The translations under genes and the position numbers were made by a program. 64,000 nt of DNA from Thermoanaerobaculia bacterium (lineage in GTDB: Bacteria; Acidobacteriota; Thermoanaerobaculia; UBA5066): assembly GCA_963816185.1 (NCBI GenBank), contig CAWFJJ010000028.1, forward strand, positions 32,001-96,000, written 5' to 3'. The notes beneath the pieces were generated by a model, which saw only the letters and a program-made list of their open reading frames with translations, was not told the DNA's origin and did no database searches. Each line of letters opens with the position of its first letter. The stretch's first letter is position 1. Of this stretch, positions 9,311 to 17,816 are shown piece after piece.

Positions 9311-11296
9311 ATGTCGATGCCCAAGAGACGCTTTTTCTTCGCGTTGGCCGCCTCGATCGCAGTTCTTGCCGCGCCTTTGGCCGGCCAGACCGGCAGCGGA
9401 GACGTCGGGAAGACCTCGGCGAAGGACGCCCTGACCCCGCAAGAGAGCCGCCGGCGCGAGGCGATCGAGCACTATTTGCGCGCAAAGATGTACGCGCAGG
9501 ACAGCGAGTTCGAGGCGTCTGTTCGGGAGTTCAATAAGGCCGTCGAGCTGGATCCGACGGACGGCGCGCTCCATCGAGAGTACGGGGAGCTGCTGCGGGA
9601 TCTGCCCGTCTATCCGGAGGCCGAGAAGGAGGCCCGCAAGGCCGTCCAGCTCGAGCCCAAGAGCGCCGGCTCACATCGGCTCCTCGGGCAAGTGCTTCTC
9701 GCGACCGCAAAGGACACGCCACGCCTGGAAGAGGCCGCCGCCGAGCTCAAGATGGCCAACGATCTCGCCCCCGGCGACCCGCAGGGAGCGGTCGCATACG
9801 CGCAGGTTCTCCTGCGGCTCGACAAACCGAAGGAGGCGTCGAGCGTTCTCGAAGGAGTCCTGGATCGGGCGAACGGACCCGCCGTCCTGCTCCTTTACGG
9901 CGAAACGCTCGAGCGCAGCGGCCAGCTGCAGCAGGCCGAGGACGTCTACAAAGGGCTCGCGAAGCTCGATCCGGACAACCGGGCGGCCGTCCTCGGGCTG
10001 TTGCGCGTGTATGACCGAGGCCGTCAGTTCGACAAAGCGGCGCCCATTCTTCAGGAGTTCCTCAAGCAGCAGCCGGGTAACCTTGGGCTCAAGACGCAGT
10101 ATGGCGGGCTCCTGCTGCGGGGTCGCCGCTTTGCCGAAGCGCGCAAAGTCTTCGAGGAAGTGCTTGCCGGCGATCCCGGGAACCGCGATGCGCTGCGGCT
10201 CTATGCGGCCCTGCTTTCCGAAACGCGCGAGCCGGACAAGGCCGATGAGGTGCTGCGCAAGCTCCAGTCTCTCGACCCGGATGATCTGGAGATTCCTTAT
10301 CGACGCGCCGTGAACTTTCTCGAAGCACGAAGGCTCCCCGAGGCCGAAGCCGTGCTCCGCGACTTGCGCGCAGCAATTGTCGCGAAGAAGCCGGACGCCC
10401 CGGAGGTCGCGCAAGTCGACGGCCAGCTGGCCTACGCCGCGTATCTGCGCAAGGACTACGCGGCGGCCACGGCCCGGCTCGAGCCGCACCTGATCGGCGA
10501 AGACGGCCTCAACCTGCAGGCCTACAACCTCCTGCTGCAGATCGCGCGTGACCGCGAGGACTGGGCGGGCGGCCTCAAGCTCGCGAAGGACGCGTACGAC
10601 AAGGCGCCCAAGAAGACGGCTCTGCTGAGGGCAAACTATGCCGAATTCCTGTTCCGTTCGGGGTCGGGGACCGGCGAGGCGGAGGGCACGAAGATGCTCG
10701 ACGCGCTCGCGACCGAGGACAGGACGGGAACGCTCGCGGCCGCCGACGCCTGGCAGCGCCTCGAGAAGTACGGCCGCGCGGCGGCAGCGGCTCGGGCAGG
10801 TCTCGAGCGCGACAAGGAGGACCCGGACCTGCTTTTCCGGCTGGCCGCCTCGCTGGAGCGGGAGAAGAAGCTCACCGAATCCGTCGACGCGTTCGAAAAG
10901 CTCCTGAAAGTGAGAGGCGACCACGCACCGGGCCTCAACTACCTCGGCTACATGTGGGCGGACCGCGGCGAGAACCTGCCGCGCGCGCTCGAGCTCATCC
11001 GTAAGGCCGTCGAGCTGGAACCCGGCAACGGCGCCTACCTCGATTCGCTCGGCTGGGTTTATTACCGGCTCAACAAACTCGACAAGGCCGAGGAGAATCT
11101 CCGCGCCGCGGCGGTCCTGAACCCCGACGACGCCACCGTCGAAGAGCACCTCGGCGACCTCTTCGAGAAGAAGGGCGATCTCGCGCTCGCGCGGACGACC
11201 TGGAAGCGCGCGCTCACGCTCAAGCCCGACGAGGACGTGAAGCGCCGCCTCGACGAGAAGCTCCAGAAGACCGAAGGCCGCGCCGCGCAGAAGTGA
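9311..11296 (+). CDS. exported tetratricopeptide-repeat protein (start may be 9317)
   Basis: signal peptide, many TPRs, LNYLGYMWAD...YLDSLGWVYY typical of the TPR gene upstream of lolB-ispE. Confidence 0.88.
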   Translation: MSMPKRRFFFALAASIAVLAAPLAGQTGSGDVGKTSAKDALTPQESRRREAIEHYLRAKMYAQDSEFEASVREFNKAVELDPTDGALHREYGELLRDLPVYPEAEKEARKAVQLEPKSAGSHRLLGQVLLATAKDTPRLEEAAAELKMANDLAPGDPQGAVAYAQVLLRLDKPKEASSVLEGVLDRANGPAVLLLYGETLERSGQLQQAEDVYKGLAKLDPDNRAAVLGLLRVYDRGRQFDKAAPILQEFLKQQPGNLGLKTQYGGLLLRGRRFAEARKVFEEVLAGDPGNRDALRLYAALLSETREPDKADEVLRKLQSLDPDDLEIPYRRAVNFLEARRLPEAEAVLRDLRAAIVAKKPDAPEVAQVDGQLAYAAYLRKDYAAATARLEPHLIGEDGLNLQAYNLLLQIARDREDWAGGLKLAKDAYDKAPKKTALLRANYAEFLFRSGSGTGEAEGTKMLDALATEDRTGTLAAADAWQRLEKYGRAAAAARAGLERDKEDPDLLFRLAASLEREKKLTESVDAFEKLLKVRGDHAPGLNYLGYMWADRGENLPRALELIRKAVELEPGNGAYLDSLGWVYYRLNKLDKAEENLRAAAVLNPDDATVEEHLGDLFEKKGDLALARTTWKRALTLKPDEDVKRRLDEKLQKTEGRAAQK

Positions 11297-11997
11297 GGAG
11301 AACCCGTCCAATTCGGGTTGGCGGGTCGGCCCTCGTCTCAGTTTTTTTTTGCTTAGGAGGTGGATGCGGCAGCGGGCGGCCCGCGAAATCCGAAGCGCCA
11401 TCTCCCGGTGCGTCGGTGGTGGAGGCATATGAGAGGGCGCGTGCAACGGCGTGGGATCCCGCGCGCCGCTTCAAAGCGCTCTTCAAGGCTGAGGTCTCGC
11501 GGAACGTCGGCGCGATTTTGCGAGGCTACCTCTCCGTCTGGTGGAACGGCGCAGCCAGCACGCTCACCTGGCGGTCTTCGGCACCTCTTGCCGGGAGAGG
11601 GAGAGGGGGACTTCTTAGAAAAGGGACGAGGGGCGAGGAGGAAAGCGATGGCGGAGCGCCTGGATCGCGCCAGTCGTTGCTCCCCGGTCGGTTTGTTTCG
11701 GACGACATCCTCATGTGCATTCTCGGCGTTCCCGAGGCCGCGCTCTCTTCCTCTTCACCATTCGAAGAAACTCCGAGAGGCTTTCGGCTGCGCATCGGGG
11801 GCTCGAAGCGCTTCGTCCTCGTGAACCGTGAGGGAAAGCCGATCGAGTTCTCTTTCCCGAACGGCGAGACGGTGAAGGTTCAGCCGGGGGAAGGCGTGCC
11901 GCGCCGAATCGAGGCGAACGGCCCGGAAGGCCGTGCCGTCCTCACGCTCGAAACCTATTCGTCCTGGCCCGAGGGCGAGCGGGTTCCCCCGGCATGA
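11293..11997 (+). CDS. putative lipoprotein in the lolB position
   Basis: basic N-terminus, hydrophobic stretch and LGGGC lipobox-like site; overlaps both neighbours by 4 nt. Confidence 0.6.
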   Translation: MRRTRPIRVGGSALVSVFFCLGGGCGSGRPAKSEAPSPGASVVEAYERARATAWDPARRFKALFKAEVSRNVGAILRGYLSVWWNGAASTLTWRSSAPLAGRGRGGLLRKGTRGEEESDGGAPGSRQSLLPGRFVSDDILMCILGVPEAALSSSSPFEETPRGFRLRIGGSKRFVLVNREGKPIEFSFPNGETVKVQPGEGVPRRIEANGPEGRAVLTLETYSSWPEGERVPPA

Positions 11998-12924
11998 GCG
12001 AGACCGGAAGGGCGCTGACCGTCGAGGCGTTCGCGAAGGTGAACCGCTCGCTGCGCAGTGCTGGGTAAGCGTCCAGACGGCTTTCACGAGCTCGACACGA
12101 TCTTTCAGACGGTGGATCTCACCGACAGGTTGTATTTCTTAGAAGGTGAAGAGAGCGGAAGAGCGACGGGCCACGTCTCGCTGACGGTGGAGGGCGTCGA
12201 TCTTCCCGCAGACTCCAGCAATCTCATTCTCCGCGCCGCTGACGCGCTGCGCGTGCGCTTCTCGGTGCGCCTCGGCGCCCGTATTCACCTTTCTAAGAAG
12301 ATCCCCTTGGGCGGTGGCCTTGGCGGAGGCAGTTCGAACGCGGCTGCGGCGCTGAGGGGCCTGGTCGCGCTCTGGAAGCTGCCCGCGACCGAAGCCGATC
12401 TGCACGCCGTGGCAGCCTCCCTCGGGTCCGACGTGCCTTTCTTTCTGATCGGCGGCCGAGCGCGAGGCACGGGGCGCGGCGAAATTCTGGAGCCTCTTCC
12501 GGACGGCCCCGAGGAGTGGCTCATCCTCGCCTTTCCATCGTTTTCTCTTTCCACGGCAGCGGTTTACGGGGCAGTTTCCGTCCCTGCGTTGACAGATTCC
12601 GTCGCCCAAACTAACCTTGGCGGTTCCGGATCCGGTGGCGGGCCGGATCGGAACGACCTGGAGCCGGCGGCGGAATCCCTCCGTGGAGAGCTGCGCAGGC
12701 TTCGTCTGGCCCTGTCGGACTTCGGCGCGACGAGCGCACGCCTGTCCGGGAGCGGCTCGACGGTGTTCGGGGTATTCGGCGACGAAAGAAACGCCCGGCG
12801 CGCCTTCGAAGGGCTCGCTGGGGTTCGGAAAGAAGTGATGGCGACGATGACGATCGTGAAGACCGTGTCGAAGGCGGCGTTCGTGCGCCGGGCGATGCCC
12901 TCGGACAGGGTGCAACGCGGATGA
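11994..12924 (+). CDS. ispE: 4-diphosphocytidyl-2-C-methyl-D-erythritol kinase (apparent frameshift near 12057)
   Basis: AFAKVN from ATG 11994, then GKRPDGFHEL, KIPLGGGLGGGSSNAA, LGSDVPFF, LSGSGST. Confidence 0.93.
12589..12617 (+). promoter_or_regulatory. sigma70-type promoter inside ispE, probably driving tRNA-Gln/prs
   Basis: TTGACA 12589-12594, 17-bp spacer, TAACCT 12612-12617. Confidence 0.6.
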
Positions 12925-12961
12925 TCTCCGCCTGCGCGAGAATCCACGCGGGACTTCCGGA

Positions 12962-13036
12962 TGGGGAGTCGACAAGTGGTAAGTCAGCGGTCTTTGGAAC
13001 CGCCATTCGGAGGTTCGAATCCTCCCTCCCCAGCCA
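12962..13036 (+). tRNA. tRNA-Gln(TTG)
   Basis: TGGGGAG/CTCCCCA acceptor stem, anticodon arm GCGGT-CTTTGGA-ACCGC, GGTTCGAATCC, encoded CCA. Confidence 0.96.
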
Positions 13037-13057
13037 GTTTCCTCATGTCAGGGCGTC

Positions 13058-14011
13058 ATGGAACGATTTCCGTACGGCGATCTGAAGGTCTTCGGGGGGC
13101 GATCCCATCCACCCCTCACGGGCGAGATCTGCCGGAACCTCGGCCGCGAGGCCGGTCGCGTCACGCTCTACAATTTCTCTGACGGCGAGAACTACTGCCA
13201 GATCGAGGAGAACGTCCGCGGCGCGGATGTGTTCATCGTGCAGCCAACGGGCCCGCCGGCGAACCACAACATCATGGAGCTCCTCATCATGCTCGACGCG
13301 TTCAAGCGCTCCTCGGCGTCGCGCGTGACCGCCGTGCTTCCGTACTACGGCTATGGGCGGCAGGACCGGAAGGACAAGCCCCGCGTTCCGATCACCGCGA
13401 AGCTCATCGCGGATCTCATCACGGCGGCGGGCGCCGACCGGGTGCTCTGCGTGGACTTGCACGCGGCGCAGATTCAGGGCTTCTTCAACATCCCCGTGGA
13501 CCACCTCTTCGCGGCGCCCGTTCTTCTCGACGCGATCCGCGACGCGAACCTCGACCCGCTCACGGTCGTGTCGCCGGACGCGGGCGGCGTCGAGCGCGCA
13601 CGCGCGTTCGCGAAGCGTCTCGCCGCAGGCCTCGCGATCATGGACAAGCGTCGGAAGGGGAAGAACGAGGTCGAGGTCCTGCACGTCATCGGCGACGTGA
13701 GGGACCGCAACGTCGTCGTCGTCGACGACATCATCGACACGGCCGGCACGCTGATCAATACGGTCATCGCGCTCCGCGACGCGGGTGCGCGGCGAATCTT
13801 CGCAGGGTGCGTGCATCCCGTGCTGTCCGGACCCGCCATCGACCGTGTCAACGCGAGCCCCATCGAGCGCGTGTTCTGCACGAACACGCTCCCGCTCGAC
13901 GAGAAGCTCGCACGCTGCCCGCTCGTCGTACCGCTCTCCATCGCCCCGCTCCTTGCGGAGGCGATCCAGAGGATCCATCAGGGGGCGTCCGTTTCATCGC
14001 TGTTCGTGTAG
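13058..14011 (+). CDS. prs: ribose-phosphate pyrophosphokinase
   Basis: FSDGE, PYYGYGRQD, DLHAAQIQGFF, SPDAGGVERA, VVDDIIDTAGT. Confidence 0.97.
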   Translation: MERFPYGDLKVFGGRSHPPLTGEICRNLGREAGRVTLYNFSDGENYCQIEENVRGADVFIVQPTGPPANHNIMELLIMLDAFKRSSASRVTAVLPYYGYGRQDRKDKPRVPITAKLIADLITAAGADRVLCVDLHAAQIQGFFNIPVDHLFAAPVLLDAIRDANLDPLTVVSPDAGGVERARAFAKRLAAGLAIMDKRRKGKNEVEVLHVIGDVRDRNVVVVDDIIDTAGTLINTVIALRDAGARRIFAGCVHPVLSGPAIDRVNASPIERVFCTNTLPLDEKLARCPLVVPLSIAPLLAEAIQRIHQGASVSSLFV

Positions 14012-14141
14012 ACAAGCGCCAAAACGCAGGCAGCCTCGGCGCGATCATTCGTCCGAGGAAGTCTGATATTCTTCCCCGTTCTCTAACCGGACCGTCCGCC
14101 CCGAGAATCCTCTCGGGACCGGGCGCCCTCGAAAGGAACCC

Positions 14142-14906
14142 ATGCTCCAGGAACACATCGTCGTCGAAGTCGAGAAGCGGCTCACGACCGGGAAGAACGC
14201 CGCGAACCGCCTGCGCGCGCAGGATCAGATCCCGGCCGTCCTCTACGGAGGCGGCAAAGAGATGGAAACCTGGTCGCTGCAGGTGCCGCGTAAGACCCTC
14301 GCGACCCTTCTCAACAAAGGCCTGCACTCCAACGCCATCTTCAAGCTCAATCTGAAGGGCACGACCCAGACGCGCCACGTGATGATCCGCGACCTCACGC
14401 TGGACCCCGTCTCTCGGAAGATGCTGCACGTCGACTTCGTGCGGGTGCTTCTCGACCGAAAGCTCCGCGTCAAGAGCGAGGTCGCGATCGAGGGCGTGCC
14501 GAACGGCGTCAAGAACGCGGGCGGCATTCTGAACATCGTCACCCACGAGATCCTCATCGAGTGCCTTCCGGCGGACATTCCGGAGTCCGTGAAAGTGGAC
14601 GTCTCCGCGATGGAGATGCACGACTCGATTCGCGTGGCGGACCTCAAGCTCGGCGACAAGATCAAGGTTCTCGAGAACGGGGACCGCGTCATCGCGCACG
14701 TGGGCGTGCCGAAGGCCGAGGAAGTCGCCGCTCCGGCCGCCGCCGAAGCCGTCGTCGGCATCGAGGGCGCCGCGGTGCCGCCCGCCGAGCCCGAGGTGAT
14801 CAAGAAGGGCAAGAAGGAAGAGGAAGGCGCCGAGCCTGCCCCCGCCGGGAAAGCCGCGGTGCCGCCGAAAACCGAGGGCAAGGCGGAGAAGAAGGAAAAG
14901 AAATAG
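14142..14906 (+). CDS. rplY: 50S ribosomal protein L25 / Ctc
   Basis: GKNAANRLR, IPAVLYG, HVDF, C-terminal EPEVIKKGK tail; SD AAGGA. Confidence 0.95.
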   Translation: MLQEHIVVEVEKRLTTGKNAANRLRAQDQIPAVLYGGGKEMETWSLQVPRKTLATLLNKGLHSNAIFKLNLKGTTQTRHVMIRDLTLDPVSRKMLHVDFVRVLLDRKLRVKSEVAIEGVPNGVKNAGGILNIVTHEILIECLPADIPESVKVDVSAMEMHDSIRVADLKLGDKIKVLENGDRVIAHVGVPKAEEVAAPAAAEAVVGIEGAAVPPAEPEVIKKGKKEEEGAEPAPAGKAAVPPKTEGKAEKKEKK

Positions 14907-15517
14907 GCACGGACGGCCTCTTCCTCGTGGTAGGACTCGGCAACCCCGGCGACCGGTATACCGGAACGCGCCACAACGTCGGCTTCGACGTCGTGCAGAC
15001 GTTCGCCTGGAGAGCCGCCGGCCGTCCGCCGCGTCTCGACCGGCTCGACTGCCGCGCGCTCACGGGACGCGTCAAAGTCGGGGATCGCGCGGTCATCGTG
15101 GCCCGGCCCCAGACCTACATGAACGCGTCGGGCGAGTCCGTGAAGGGCCTCGCGCTCAAGTACGACGTCCCCCTCGAGCGAATCATCGTCGTCTCCGACG
15201 ACACGGCACTGCCCGTCGGCGCGCTCCGAATTCGCCGATCCGGCTCTTCCGGCGGCCAGAAGGGGCTTCAATCCGTGATCGACTGCTTCGGCACGAACGC
15301 GGTCCCGCGCCTGCGCCTGGGCGTGCGCGGAGAGAACTTCCAGGCGGGAGAGGCGCTCGATACGTACGTTCTCTCGCGGTTTTCGAAGAAGGAGCGCCCC
15401 GTCGTGGACGAGACCATCGCTTCGGCGTGCGAGGCCCTTGCCGTGTTCGTCACCGACGGAATCGACGCCGCCATGAACCGTTTCAACCGTTCGCCCGAGG
15501 AAGATCCGGCGAGCTGA
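14903..15517 (+). CDS. pth: peptidyl-tRNA hydrolase (start uncertain: ATA 14903 or GTG 14927)
   Basis: VGLGNPG, TRHNVGF, PQTYMNASG, GSSGGQKG, RLRLGV. Confidence 0.92.
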   Translation: MGTDGLFLVVGLGNPGDRYTGTRHNVGFDVVQTFAWRAAGRPPRLDRLDCRALTGRVKVGDRAVIVARPQTYMNASGESVKGLALKYDVPLERIIVVSDDTALPVGALRIRRSGSSGGQKGLQSVIDCFGTNAVPRLRLGVRGENFQAGEALDTYVLSRFSKKERPVVDETIASACEALAVFVTDGIDAAMNRFNRSPEEDPAS

Positions 15518-15519
15518 AC

Positions 15520-15607
15520 ATCAACCTTGGCTCGGCACCGGACCAGAGGTCCAAAGCCGCGCCTCGCGACCGGCGAATACCGGCGCGATCCAGAAGGAGG
15601 AGACCGC
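15520..15607 (+). promoter_or_regulatory. possible S6:S18 autoregulatory leader
   Basis: structured 5' region of rpsF; CCTTGG could pair with the CCAGAAGG/SD region; CCG motifs present; not modelled. Confidence 0.3.
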
Positions 15608-16057
15608 GTGACCACCCAGAGCCCTCAACGCCAGTACGACATGGTCTTTCTCGTCGTCCCCGAGAAGGACGAGGCGGCAGCCCTCGCCGTCGTCGAAGAG
15701 TTCCGAAAGCTCCTCGTCGACAACGGCGCCACGATCGAGAAGGACGAGTCGATGGGACGGCGCCGCCTCGCCTACACCATCAAGAAAAGGACCGAGGCGA
15801 CGTACCACAACTTCCTGTTTCGGGCGCCCACGGCGTGCGTCACCGAGGTGCAGCGCAAGATGCGACTCTCGGAAGACGTCCTGCGGTTCCTCTCCGTTCG
15901 GATCGACGAGGAGGTCAAGCACGGCCTGAAGGTGGCGCGAAATACGAAGCCGCGCCGCCCGCGCCCCGAAGCGTCCGAAGCGCCGCATGCCGGTCCGTCC
16001 GCTGCTCCCTCCACCACGCCTCCGGCCGAGCCGGCCGGCGACTCCCGTCCCGAGTGA
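15608..16057 (+). CDS. rpsF: 30S ribosomal protein S6
   Basis: YDMVFLV, MGRRRLAYTIKK, EDVLRFL; SD AAGGAGG before GTG. Confidence 0.95.
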   Translation: MTTQSPQRQYDMVFLVVPEKDEAAALAVVEEFRKLLVDNGATIEKDESMGRRRLAYTIKKRTEATYHNFLFRAPTACVTEVQRKMRLSEDVLRFLSVRIDEEVKHGLKVARNTKPRRPRPEASEAPHAGPSAAPSTTPPAEPAGDSRPE

Positions 16058-16081
16058 CCCGAAAAGGTTCAGGAGAACACA

Positions 16082-16333
16082 ATGGCCGCTCCCGTTCGCA
16101 AGCCCGTCAAGAAGAAGTTCTTCGTGCGCCGCAAGCGCGTCTGCAAGTTCACCGTCGAGAAGATCGGCTACATCGACTTCAAGGACGTGAAGCTGCTCGC
16201 GGGATTCGTTCCCGAGCGCGCGAAAATCCTCCCACGCCGCATCAGCGGGACATCCGCTTTCTATCAGCGCAAGCTGGCGACCGCCATCAAGCGCGCGCGC
16301 TACCTCGCGCTGCTGCCCTACGTCTCCGATTAA
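16082..16333 (+). CDS. rpsR: 30S ribosomal protein S18
   Basis: [31 protein letters not shown]. Confidence 0.97.
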   Translation: MAAPVRKPVKKKFFVRRKRVCKFTVEKIGYIDFKDVKLLAGFVPERAKILPRRISGTSAFYQRKLATAIKRARYLALLPYVSD

Positions 16334-16373
16334 ACGAGCCCTCGCCGTTCTCGGGGCGGCGCTCGCGGCGGCT

Positions 16374-17306
16374 TTGACCGCAGCGGCGCCGCCCTTCGGC
16401 TTCGTTCTGATGCCGCATGCGGCCGCACGTCTGGGCCGCGCGGCGCTCGGGTCGCGGCGCCTCGCCGCCGGTTTTGCGCTGCCGCCTCTCGCGGTCCCGG
16501 TCGCGCTCCTCCTGGGCGCGCTGATCGCGCCGGAAGGCGCGGTCGTCGCCGCGGTTCTTGCCATCGCCCTCGTCGCTCTTCCCGCCGTGGCGCTCTTTGC
16601 GGCGGCTCGAGACGGCCGCCGGCGGGACGACGTCCTTCTCGTCGTATTCGCCCTGACCGGGATCGGCGGTCTCGCGGCCCTCCTCGGGTTTTCGGTCGCG
16701 ACGGGTCGGGACCCCGGCGTCGTTCTTGCGAGCCGCTGGGCTGCGCTCATCCCCGAAATCCTCGCGGGCTACCGGTCGAGCGGCTGGAGCGAGTCCTCGC
16801 TCGCAACCGTCGCGCGCCTTTTCGAGTTCGGCCGCGTCCTCGTCGAAGAGCAGCTCGCGGGCCTCGTCCTCGCGGCCGCCGTGCTGCACGCGGCCCTGGT
16901 GGTCTACGGGTTCGCGCGCGGCGCGGGCCTTGCCGAAGCGGACTGGTCCGAGGCGTCCTTCAGCCGTTTCCGGACTCCTCTTGCCGCAGCCGCGGCGTTC
17001 GTACCCGCGGGTCTCCTGGCGGCCGTGGGGGGCGCGGAGCTTCGCCGGCCGGCCGTCGATCTTCTGCTGCCGCTCGGCGTCTTGTTTTTCCTGAGGGGTC
17101 TCGCCATAATCCGCGCTCTTCTCGACCGCGGAAGAGCCGGCCTCGTCGGCCGGGCGCTCGTCTACGTGCTGGTCTTTCAGATGCCGTTTCCCCTTCTTCT
17201 CGCGCTCTCCGGCCTTTTCGACGAGTTCGTCGACGTGAGGACGCGGCTCGAAAAGAGAGGATCCGGCGGCGGGTCCGCGAGTCCACCCGGCCCCGACGGG
17301 TTCTGA
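16374..17306 (+). CDS. DUF2232/YybS-like membrane protein (start uncertain)
   Basis: multi-TM; FFLRGLAI...GLFDEFVDVR C-terminus; position between rpsR and rplI. Confidence 0.7.
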   Translation: MTAAAPPFGFVLMPHAAARLGRAALGSRRLAAGFALPPLAVPVALLLGALIAPEGAVVAAVLAIALVALPAVALFAAARDGRRRDDVLLVVFALTGIGGLAALLGFSVATGRDPGVVLASRWAALIPEILAGYRSSGWSESSLATVARLFEFGRVLVEEQLAGLVLAAAVLHAALVVYGFARGAGLAEADWSEASFSRFRTPLAAAAAFVPAGLLAAVGGAELRRPAVDLLLPLGVLFFLRGLAIIRALLDRGRAGLVGRALVYVLVFQMPFPLLLALSGLFDEFVDVRTRLEKRGSGGGSASPPGPDGF

Positions 17307-17341
17307 TCGGTGACATACCCTGTAAACCTGAGGAGCTCGAA

Positions 17342-17791
17342 ATGAAATTGGTCCTGACCGACGACGTGAAAGGGCTGGGGCACCGGGGCGATGTGGTGAA
17401 CGTCGCCGAGGGCTACGGTCGGAACTTCCTGCTCCCGAAAGCGCTCGCGTACCCCGCCACGGACGGCAACGTGAAGCGGCTCGAGCAGGAAAAGAAGCGC
17501 TACGACGCGCGCATCGAGCACGAGAAGGACCAGGCCGCAGGTGTGGCGAAGTCCATCGAGGGCACGAAGATCGTCCTCCACAAGAAGGCGGGCGAAAACG
17601 ACGCGCTCTACGGCTCCGTGACCCCGTCGGAGGTGGCCGACGCGCTCGAGGCCAAAGGGATCACCGTCGACAAACGGAAGATCGATCTCGAGGAGCCCAT
17701 CAAGCGCCTCGGCACGCACACGGTCCACGTGAAGCTGCATCGCGACGTGATCGTGGGCCTGACCGTCGAGGTCCTGCCGGTCGTCGCCTGA
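17342..17791 (+). CDS. rplI: 50S ribosomal protein L9
   Basis: MKLVL, LGHRGDVVNVAEGYGRNFLLP, LYGSVT, PIKRLG. Confidence 0.97.
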   Translation: MKLVLTDDVKGLGHRGDVVNVAEGYGRNFLLPKALAYPATDGNVKRLEQEKKRYDARIEHEKDQAAGVAKSIEGTKIVLHKKAGENDALYGSVTPSEVADALEAKGITVDKRKIDLEEPIKRLGTHTVHVKLHRDVIVGLTVEVLPVVA

Positions 17792-17816
17792 GCCGGGCGC
17801 CAACGGCGTTTCGTCT

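Noticed and set aside
380-12060. Programmed ribosomal frameshifting in asd, lysC and ispE
   Set aside because: No slippery heptamers or consistent signals; scattered indels are better explained by sequencing error.
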